The notes below the pieces were generated by a model. The model saw nothing but the letters and a program-made list of their open reading frames with translations. It did no database searches and was not told where the DNA came from. From Desulfuromonadales bacterium (lineage in GTDB: Bacteria; Desulfobacterota; Desulfuromonadia; Desulfuromonadales; Syntrophotaleaceae): 64,000 nucleotides of DNA. The stretch lies in NCBI GenBank assembly GCA_013619105.1, contig JABXKU010000001.1, positions 26,996 to 90,995 on the forward strand. Direction: 5' to 3'. Shown one piece after another: positions 6,986 through 14,519 of the stretch (within the stretch, counting starts at the first letter, position 1; every line of letters starts with the position of its first letter). A program made the position numbers and the translations under genes.

Positions 6986-7847
6986 ATGGATAGTACTCTA
7001 GAATTTGTTAGGCCAGGAGGTGATGACTGGCGGGAGTTTCTGATTGCGGCCGCAGGGGAGGGCTGGCGTGTTCCTGTCACCGAAATAGAACTATTTCACG
7101 GTCCCCTTGCGGACAGTGCCTTGGCGCTGCGCTGCGGGGGACTTTTTGTCGGACTAGTTACTCTAGCGAACCACGGTGCCAGCTCTTGGATCGGCAACCT
7201 CATCGTGCCGCAGGCCTGGCGTGGGCCTGGCGTGGGCCTGGCGTGGGCGGGGTTATGGCCGGCTACTTCTTGACCAGGCTATTCTACTTTTGGAACAGCA
7301 AAGTACGCGCTCCATCTGGCTGACCGCCTCGGAAGCCGGCTTTCCTCTCTACCAGCGCCGAGGTTTTGAAACCATCGGCCAGGTGGAACGCTGGGTTCTG
7401 CCAAAGGGGTCTGACGCAAGGAGCGCCGATTCCTTGCCGATAGATGATGACCCAAATCATGCAAATGCAGCCCTGCAGGATGCTGATCAGGCGGCGTGGG
7501 GAGAACAGCGTGCATTGTTGAACTATCTGCTGCCCAAAGGAAGGCTGCTCCGTTGTGGTGCGACCATAGCCCTGTTGCAGCGCGGATCGGAGTTGCAGAT
7601 TCTCGGTCCTTGGTTCACCGATAATGGAAGCAAAGAACAGCGCCAGTTGCTGGATCTGGCCGTTGCGGAGGCATATTCCGAGGAGGAGTTGGTTGTTGAT
7701 CTACGAACTGGCGCCCTACCGCCGCAAGTTTTGCAAGATTCCGGATTCGGCCTGCAGGGGCACACGCGACTGATGGTTCGGGGAGATACGGCTGGCATCG
7801 ACTTAATTCGCCTGGTCTCCTTTGCCAGTCTTGGCAGCATGGGATAA
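6986..7847 (+). pseudogene. GNAT N-acetyltransferase disrupted by a +22-nt tandem-repeat expansion (frameshift)
   Basis: ORF 6986..7273 (frame 2) and ORF 7176..7847 (frame 0) overlap at the repeat. Collapsing the 3 x 11-nt repeat to one copy gives the in-frame sequence ..NLIVPQAWRGRGYGRLLLDQAI.., which is the GNAT motif A (R/Q-x-x-G-x-G/A). Confidence 0.7.
7214..7246 (+). repeat. perfect 11-bp tandem repeat x3 (GCCTGGCGTGG)
   Basis: Read directly: units at 7214-7224, 7225-7235 and 7236-7246, with partial unit matches on both flanks. Confidence 0.95.
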
Positions 7848-8348
7848 ACGGCAATTATTGCGTTATCTGCGCTCGGCTATCCGATAAGAAAGTAGCCCAG
7901 AAAAGGCAAATCCCATGGATCATTATGACCAATTCACTAAATGGAGCAAGGCTAACCATGGGAACGCCGCAAGCCCTATTAAGTTGGACAATGCTCACCG
8001 TTTTAAGCGAATCCGGCCCATTTAATGATTTAGGGCTAATCGTACTACCTGAATTGCTTGCAAGATGAACCTGCGTTCATCGTTTTGGCCTCACTTTGAA
8101 GGTTTGCATTGTAGGTATTTGGATAATCTAACTCTGGCCGGTCATATTTCCTTAAAATATTTGGTGCTGGTTTATTGTTAGGGTGACTAAATATACAGGA
8201 TGACCTGGAATCAAAACGAATGGACTGCCGGGACAATGAACCGACACAGATGAGCTGTTTTCCGGTTGGCAGATTAATTGATTCAGGCTAAGCTGCGCCC
8301 GAGAATCTGATTGTACCGTCTCTGCTGGTCTCTACTTGGCTTGGGCTC

Positions 8349-8798
8349 ATGACTACTACATCCAATATACCTTGGCAGCATATAGCCGAACCAACCAAGA
8401 AACGCCTAATCTGGTGGCTCTGGCTGATCACTTGGCTCCTTCTGCTAGGTGGCCTTTTTGATCGATCTTTTTATCATTGGGTGGTGATCCTTTCTGGCCT
8501 ACACTCTCTTCTTTTTCTTTGGCTTTTCCGCTTCCGCATTGACCCATTCCCGGTGCAGGTCCGCCTCGCCTATCTGCTATGGACTTTTCTCGGTACTTAC
8601 GTTCCCGGCATGACTTTTCTGATGTACATCACAACAGTCGGCCTGCCAGGCAACCTATTCCTAAATTATTGCCCATTGGCGCGACTAATGCTCTTGATGC
8701 CTTGGAATCGAATGGATCCTCTCTCATTGAACTTCCTTAAACGGGTATTTCTTAGTTCCCCCTCCGACGGCAGGTTCGTTCCTCGTAAACGTGGCTAG
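8349..8798 (+). CDS. hypothetical multi-pass membrane protein
   Basis: 149-aa ORF with three or four hydrophobic segments (LIWWLWLITWLLLLGGLF, VVILSGLHSLLFLWLF, ..). I recognise no family. Confidence 0.45.
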   Translation: MTTTSNIPWQHIAEPTKKRLIWWLWLITWLLLLGGLFDRSFYHWVVILSGLHSLLFLWLFRFRIDPFPVQVRLAYLLWTFLGTYVPGMTFLMYITTVGLPGNLFLNYCPLARLMLLMPWNRMDPLSLNFLKRVFLSSPSDGRFVPRKRG

Positions 8799-8904
8799 AC
8801 TCGCAGCCTTAACCTTAGCCGCTCCACACAAAGTCGTCATCTTTTTCTTGGGCTTACATTGACTATGAAAAATAGCTAAAGATCGGAGTTTACCTTTAAG
8901 GTCT

Positions 8905-9837
8905 TCAGCTTATCCAGCCTTTAAGGAGGGCGATCAAAGTCAGGCCGCTGACAAAAACCCAGAGGGTTACACCCTGTAGCATCGGACGAAATCCGACATC
9001 CTTGAGAACCTTTTTACTGAGGCCAGCGCCAATCAGAAACAGGGTGACCATCAGGCTCTGACGGGCGGCCTTCGACAGAATGCTCCAAAATCCTTCGTAT
9101 TGCGGTAAGAGTGAAGCAAGTGTTGCCGCAATGATGAAGCCGAGGATAAATAGAGGAAATTTCGCTTTTTGTTCGGATTTCAAAAGTAGAGCGAAGATAA
9201 TGACTACGGGGGCAATCCACATGGCCCTGACGAGCTTGACGGTGGTTGCTACGGAAAGGGCTTCGGACCCGAAGCTGGAGGCGGCTCCGACGACGCTACT
9301 GGTGTCATGGATGGCCAGGGCAGCCCAAAGGCCGAATTGGTGCTGACTGAGATCAAAGAAATGACCGGCTAGGGGAAAAAGCACCAGCGCCACGGCATTG
9401 AGGGTGAAGACGGTGGCGAGGGCCACGGCTGTTTCGTCATCATCGGAACCGATCACCGGCGACATGGCAGCAATCGCACTACCTCCGCATATGGCTGTTC
9501 CAAAAGCGATTAGGGTTGAGGTCTTAGAGCCCGCACGAAACAAGCGACCGAGAAAAGTTCCCATGGCCAGAGTTAAGACGATGCCTACCACTGTATAAAC
9601 CACGGAGCTTTTACCTACCTGCCATACTTCGCCGACGCTCAGTCCGAAACCTAGTCCCACTACCGAGACCTGAAGCAGGTTCTTGCTCCAGATAGAAGTC
9701 TGTTGTGGCCAGGGGTTCTCAAACAGTAAGCTAAAGAGAATTCCGGCTACCAAGGCATATACGGTGGTGACGCCCGGCAGTGTGCAGGCGATGAGCAGCA
9801 GTAGAAAAGATATTCTTTTAGTGTGAAGGAGGGGCAT
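8905..9837 (-). CDS. YeiH/UPF0324 family inner-membrane protein (putative sulfate-exporter family)
   Basis: A ~310-aa polytopic protein with a YeiH-like pattern (..CGGSAIAA..). The ATG at 9837 has GGTGGAG 8 nt upstream; the ORF track starts at 9876. Confidence 0.7.
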   Translation of the reverse strand: MPLLHTKRISFLLLLIACTLPGVTTVYALVAGILFSLLFENPWPQQTSIWSKNLLQVSVVGLGFGLSVGEVWQVGKSSVVYTVVGIVLTLAMGTFLGRLFRAGSKTSTLIAFGTAICGGSAIAAMSPVIGSDDDETAVALATVFTLNAVALVLFPLAGHFFDLSQHQFGLWAALAIHDTSSVVGAASSFGSEALSVATTVKLVRAMWIAPVVIIFALLLKSEQKAKFPLFILGFIIAATLASLLPQYEGFWSILSKAARQSLMVTLFLIGAGLSKKVLKDVGFRPMLQGVTLWVFVSGLTLIALLKGWIS

Positions 9838-10082
9838 GAAATTTACTCCACCGATTGAGGTAAGTCTTTTTACCATAACAAGGGTTATGTTGAGAAATTA
9901 CAATAAACATAACAGCGGTAACTTTAACTTCGCCGGGCACGGTCCTTAGCCAACGCCAAAGTGTAATGCCGAGACCCCCCGGTTTTGTCGATCCAACAAT
10001 AATAATTCCGAAGTTGTTGGGCTGTCCCCCAGCGGTAGACACCTGTCATGCCTTAAGAAGATACGACCCTCGATGAGCACAC

Positions 10083-10119
10083 AAAAAGACCCAGCCTCCT
10101 ATTCAGACTGGGTCTTTTT
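10083..10119 (-). terminator. intrinsic terminator after the DUF4197 gene (bidirectional shape)
   Basis: AAAAAGACCCAG (10083-10094) pairs with CTGGGTCTTTTT (10108-10119). The result is a GC core flanked by an A-run and a T-run. Confidence 0.7.
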
Positions 10120-10155
10120 GTGCAAATGGTCCACAAGGTGATTTTCAGCCATCTG

Positions 10156-10893
10156 TCACTTGGCCGCGCCAAACACCTTCTGCAGCAGCTCGGTGGTGCG
10201 AGCCGCCGGATTTTCGCGGATTTTACGTTCTTCTTCGCCGAGGATAAGGAACAACCCTTCCAGGGCGCCGTCGGTAACATATTGGTCCAGATCAAAACTC
10301 AGACTCTCACCCATGGGCAAACTCCTGATGGTCGTGTCAAGATCCTGGAATTTACGGGTAGCGCCTACCGTGGCCAGGGAGTCGTGGACGACGGGGCTGA
10401 AGAGTTCCACCAGCTTCGGTCGGGTATGCTCGGCAAAGTAGTCGGTGGCGGCGGTGTTGCCGCCGTTAAGGATCTGCCGCGCATCGTCAAGAGTCATGTC
10501 GCTGATCGATTGCCAAAAGATCTCCTTAGCCTGGGGGGCGGCTTGCTCCGCGGCTCGGTTTATGCTCGTTTCAAAGGCATCGACCTGATCGCCGTAGCCT
10601 GCGAAGCGCAGTAGCTTTTCAGTTTTGGCCAGTGGGGCCGGCAAAGGGATGCGAATATCCGGGTTATTTAGGTAGCCGCCGTTCTGCCCAACCTGGCTCA
10701 CGCTGTTGTCGGCGCCAATGCGCAGGGCCTCTTTAAGCCCCGCGATAATGTCCTCATTGTTCAGGCTGCCACCACTGATCAGGCCTTTTACCCCTTCGAA
10801 CAGGCTCCCCCAACCCGCTTCGGCTGAAGGTGTTATCGTCCAAAACAAAAGGGTGCACAGGCCCAACACCATACACGAGCGTAGTCTGTTCAT
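10156..10893 (-). CDS. secreted DUF4197-family protein
   Basis: A signal peptide ending ..PSAEA is present. The family-typical segments are LKEAL..G....[12 protein letters not shown] and [18 protein letters not shown], assigned from my recollection of the DUF4197 signature. Confidence 0.65.
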   Translation of the reverse strand: MNRLRSCMVLGLCTLLFWTITPSAEAGWGSLFEGVKGLISGGSLNNEDIIAGLKEALRIGADNSVSQVGQNGGYLNNPDIRIPLPAPLAKTEKLLRFAGYGDQVDAFETSINRAAEQAAPQAKEIFWQSISDMTLDDARQILNGGNTAATDYFAEHTRPKLVELFSPVVHDSLATVGATRKFQDLDTTIRSLPMGESLSFDLDQYVTDGALEGLFLILGEEERKIRENPAARTTELLQKVFGAAK

Positions 10894-11188
10894 TTTTTAT
10901 AGCCCTTTCTTTTTCCTGTTGCGCTTTAAATGCTCACCACAATGATATTATAACTTCAACCCTAAACCTTGTCTTTTCCCAATGCAAGGTTCGTAATTTT
11001 GCAGCGGGAGAAATGCTTTGACAAGGTTGGCCGGAATTCTTAGGATGGGCGGTATTTTGTCAATAGTTCCTTGTAGAAAAGTCTGTAAAATTTATCAACT
11101 TGATTTGTTATCATCATTCATTGGCCTATAAAACCTTGGGTCGGCGAATTAATGTCTTATCTCTTGGCTAGGGAGAAACAAACAGTTT

Positions 11189-12154
11189 ATGGAAAAGGCC
11201 CTGCAGTTGCTTCGCGATGACCTTACGGCTGTCGAGGATCAATTTAACAAAAGCATGCACTCTGAAACGGCCCTGATCAATCGGGTGGGGCAATACCTGT
11301 TGGCCAGTGGCGGCAAGCGCATTCGGCCCATGCTGTTGCTGCTCTGCGCACGGCTCAGTGGCTACCAGGGTGCGGACCATATCCCCTTGGCCAGTGTGGT
11401 GGAGTTTATTCATACTGCTACCCTGCTTCATGACGACGTGGTGGACAAAGCGACCCTGCGTAGAGGTAATCCATCGGCCAATGTGGTGTGGGGTAACCAG
11501 GCGTCGATTTTGGCTGGCGATTATCTGTTTGCTAAGTCCTTTTCGATGATTGTTGAAACTGGCAACCTGCCGGTTTTTCAGACCCTGTCCGAAGCGGCAA
11601 CTATGCTCGCCGAAGGGGAGATGCAGCAGCTGGTCAACAGCTCTGATCTTGACTTGAAAGAACAGAGCTACCTGGAGATTATCGGTAAAAAAACCGCGGC
11701 TCTGTTTGCTGCTGCTTGCCGATGTGGTGCACTGTTGGTTGATGATGGCTCCCGGGCCGAGACACTGCGTCAGTTTGGCACTGAACTCGGTATGGCCTTT
11801 CAGCTTATCGACGATGCCCTTGATTATGTGGCCGTGGAAGCAGAGTTTGGCAAAACGCGGGGACATGATTTGGCCGAAGGCAAGGTAACCCTGCCGCTGA
11901 TTCATGCTCTGCGCAACGCTAATGATGAGGACCGGCAGCGTATTGTCGCCGTGATCGGCCAGGCCGAATTGCCCGAAGCTGACCTCGCCGAGGTGCTGCA
12001 AATCATCGAAGGGACCGGCGGCATCGCCTACTGCTGGCAGCAAGCTGAACAGCTGTGCGGCCAGGCCAAGGCCCGGTTGAATGATTTTGCCGACGGCCCG
12101 GAAAAGGAAGCCTTGCTTGAACTGACCGATTACGTGGTGGCGCGCCGGCATTAA
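11189..12154 (+). CDS. ispB: all-trans polyprenyl-diphosphate synthase (octaprenyl/heptaprenyl type)
   Basis: The first aspartate-rich motif is LLHDDVVDKATLRRG and the second is QLIDDALDY. Length is 321 aa. Confidence 0.85.
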   Translation: MEKALQLLRDDLTAVEDQFNKSMHSETALINRVGQYLLASGGKRIRPMLLLLCARLSGYQGADHIPLASVVEFIHTATLLHDDVVDKATLRRGNPSANVVWGNQASILAGDYLFAKSFSMIVETGNLPVFQTLSEAATMLAEGEMQQLVNSSDLDLKEQSYLEIIGKKTAALFAAACRCGALLVDDGSRAETLRQFGTELGMAFQLIDDALDYVAVEAEFGKTRGHDLAEGKVTLPLIHALRNANDEDRQRIVAVIGQAELPEADLAEVLQIIEGTGGIAYCWQQAEQLCGQAKARLNDFADGPEKEALLELTDYVVARRH

Positions 12155-12180
12155 GTTGCTGCTGCCCGGCGCCGTTTTTT
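12142..12180 (+). terminator. intrinsic terminator after ispB
   Basis: GCGCCGG (12142-12148) pairs with CCGGCGC (12166-12172), followed by CGTTTTTT. The stem starts inside the last codons of the gene. Confidence 0.55.
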
Positions 12181-12764
12181 CCTGCCTGGTACTCTCTCCG
12201 CACCATTCTGAACAACCAAGCCCCCTGCTGCTTTTTATTGCCCAGCCAACCATCTATAATGACATCAAAACCATTCCCCCGTTGGTGTTGAAAACCCGAC
12301 CCGCTTGTTCCCTGCCTAGTTGTCAGTTTCAACTGTTTAGTTTTGATAATTGTGTGGCCATCGTACTCTGGAAGTCTGGATACATAAAAGTATGAACTTC
12401 CCCGGCAGTTTTTAGCCAAATATGGGGAACACAACATTTATTGAACTTCGGTATAATGTGATAAAGTTCCGATAAATTATTTTTCTTCAAACTCTAGAAG
12501 TAATCAGACGAGTATTCTTTTGTGATATTAAGAGGAGTCTCTGATAAAAAACTGACTTGCTGGTTGTTTCTGCTTGAATGAGATAAAAGTTGCGTTCAAG
12601 AAACCAGGCTTAAAGGACCACTTGATGAAATGCCATCGGCTTAGTTGAACTATCCAGTATTGCAGCCGGTATGCATTCCGCTGACATGATCCTTAAGACA
12701 TGACTTTATTATGCCGTGAAATGTAAGTTACTTATTTCGCGTAGCTAATCTTGGGAGGGACCCT

Positions 12765-14516
12765 ATGCAAAGACGACGTTTTCTTAGCTTTATTATTGTG
12801 TTTTCAATGATCGTTACCAGCCCTTTAGTTAGTTTCGCTCAAGAGTTAAAGGGAGCGTTGGTTGTAGTGTCATCTGATCTCGTTCAAATTAAACTTGAGG
12901 GGCAGCAGCTTCCCAGCGTTGGCGATAAAGTGACTATTTTTGAGTCGGTCCCGGGGGTGGGTTTAATTCCTTTGGCGGGACAGTGGGCTATTAGTGCGGT
13001 GAGTGCGCAAAAGATCGTTGCTTTCTCCCAAACGAGTAGTGGTACTCCCCGGGTTGGTCAGTTGGTTGTTATTGATAGTTTAAAACCTCAAGTGATCACC
13101 TCTGCAGCGCCTGGTGGAGATGATATTTATCTACAAGGTGAAAATTATTATAAGGGGATCAATGGGATTCAAAAGGATCTTGGTCGCGCTTTTAACCTAT
13201 TTAAGCGTTCGGCTGATTTGGGGCATGCAAAAGGACAATTTAAGGTCGGGTATTTTTTATATTTAGGTAAACACGTTACGAAAGATGTTGCACAGGCCGC
13301 ATTGTGGTTTGATAAATCGGCACAGCAGGGTTATGCCCCTGCACAGACTAATCTTGGTGCAATGTATCGTAACGGTGATGGGGTGGAACAAAATTACCAA
13401 TTGGCCTTTAAGTGGCTTCAAAAAGCGGCGAGTCAGGGGCACGCAGGTGGTCAAAATGGTTTAGGGTCCCTTTATCAGACAGGCCAAGGCGTTCCGCAAA
13501 ATGACGCGCTCGCATTTGAATGGATTAGAAAAGCTGCGCTGAAGGGCGATAGCACGGGACAATATAACCTTGGCTTGTACTATTATTCAGGGTGGGGGAT
13601 CGAAAAAGACCTTAGCGCAGGAACTAAATGGTACCGTAAGGCAGCTGAACAGGGAGATATCAAGGGGCTGCGTAAAATGGGTGCTGCGTATTATTGGGGG
13701 CATGGGGTTGAGCAGGATTATGTTCAATCGGCATCATGGTATCGACAAGCAGCTCAAAAAGGCGATGCTCCATCACAGTTTGCGTTGGGTCGTATTTATG
13801 AGAAAGGAAAAGGGGTTCGCCGTGATAATTCTGCAGCGTATCGGTGGTACCGTAAGGCGGCAGATCAAGGTGATTCTGATGCACAGTTTGAAGTGGCTGC
13901 AGCACATTATAACGGTTTGGGCGTGGCAAAAGATCGTCATGAAGCGCATCGGTGGTATCGCAAGGCTGCAGGTCAGGGCGATGAATATGCTCAGTTTGCG
14001 ATGGGAATCTATGCGGAGTATGGTCATTCTGGGGTGACAAAAAGTCGCAAACAAGCGTTACGTTGGTATCGTAAGTCCGCTAAAAAGGGGCATGAGGGCG
14101 CAATCGATAAAATTAAGGAGTTGGCCCCCCATGCTCAAAACAAGTCAGTCTCTACGGGGAGCATGCCGTCGAGCTCTCGGATAAAGCAGGGTTCTCTTCC
14201 ATCGCAGGCCCAGGGTTATGTAACGATGATTCAATCTTCTGACAGTCGGGTTCAGCAGCGGGGCGCGAAGAAACTCTTCCGCTCTGAGTATAAAGATCAT
14301 CCCGAGGTGCTAAGGGCTGTTGAGGCGACCTTGCTTCGTGAATACAGCACCCGTTTACGTGATGGGCACCATGTCGATGCGATGGCATGGTTATGTAATT
14401 TACTTGGTGCTTCGAGGGATCAGGAATTTTATTCAACATTGCTTGAAGTTGCAAAGAAAAGTCGAAATCGAAAATTGAAGAAATATGCTCAATCTAATGC
14501 GCGCAAACTTCGATGA
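12765..14516 (+). CDS. secreted Sel1-repeat (SLR/TPR-like) protein
   Basis: Signal peptide ..LVSFAQE is followed by a ~100-aa beta-rich N-domain. Nine SLR units then follow, anchored by W[YF]xK[AS]AxQG (WFDKSAQQGY ... WYRKSAKKGH), and a helical C-terminal ~130 aa closes the protein. GGGAGGG is the RBS. Confidence 0.85.
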   Translation: MQRRRFLSFIIVFSMIVTSPLVSFAQELKGALVVVSSDLVQIKLEGQQLPSVGDKVTIFESVPGVGLIPLAGQWAISAVSAQKIVAFSQTSSGTPRVGQLVVIDSLKPQVITSAAPGGDDIYLQGENYYKGINGIQKDLGRAFNLFKRSADLGHAKGQFKVGYFLYLGKHVTKDVAQAALWFDKSAQQGYAPAQTNLGAMYRNGDGVEQNYQLAFKWLQKAASQGHAGGQNGLGSLYQTGQGVPQNDALAFEWIRKAALKGDSTGQYNLGLYYYSGWGIEKDLSAGTKWYRKAAEQGDIKGLRKMGAAYYWGHGVEQDYVQSASWYRQAAQKGDAPSQFALGRIYEKGKGVRRDNSAAYRWYRKAADQGDSDAQFEVAAAHYNGLGVAKDRHEAHRWYRKAAGQGDEYAQFAMGIYAEYGHSGVTKSRKQALRWYRKSAKKGHEGAIDKIKELAPHAQNKSVSTGSMPSSSRIKQGSLPSQAQGYVTMIQSSDSRVQQRGAKKLFRSEYKDHPEVLRAVEATLLREYSTRLRDGHHVDAMAWLCNLLGASRDQEFYSTLLEVAKKSRNRKLKKYAQSNARKLR

Positions 14517-14519
14517 TGT

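Noticed and set aside
7848-8348. Small ORFs in the AT-rich spacer after the GNAT gene (35-aa ORF from 7915; 63-aa ORF 8045-8236 on minus)
   Set aside because: They have no convincing RBS and no recognisable motifs. They could be gene remnants, but I cannot support a call.
9838-10082. Riboswitch or repeat element in the leader of the YeiH-like gene (hairpin CCAACAA/TTGTTGG at 9993-10020; short similarity of CCCAACA..AACTTCG to 3887-3905 in the mod element)
   Set aside because: It matches no riboswitch core I know (SAM, TPP, glycine, GEMM, fluoride, guanidine, ZTP, preQ1). The shared string is short, partly low-complexity and permuted, so it is likely coincidental.
11168-12253. 361-aa ORF on the minus strand covering the polyprenyl synthase gene. 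Similar long antisense ORFs lie at 10120-10614, 21235-21732, 26468-27100, 47244-47945, 54756-55358 and 62660-63166.
   Set aside because: Each lies exactly opposite a gene with strong family motifs. Their translations are Arg/Gly/Pro/Ser-rich with no recognisable motifs or RBS, which is typical of shadow ORFs in moderately GC-rich DNA.
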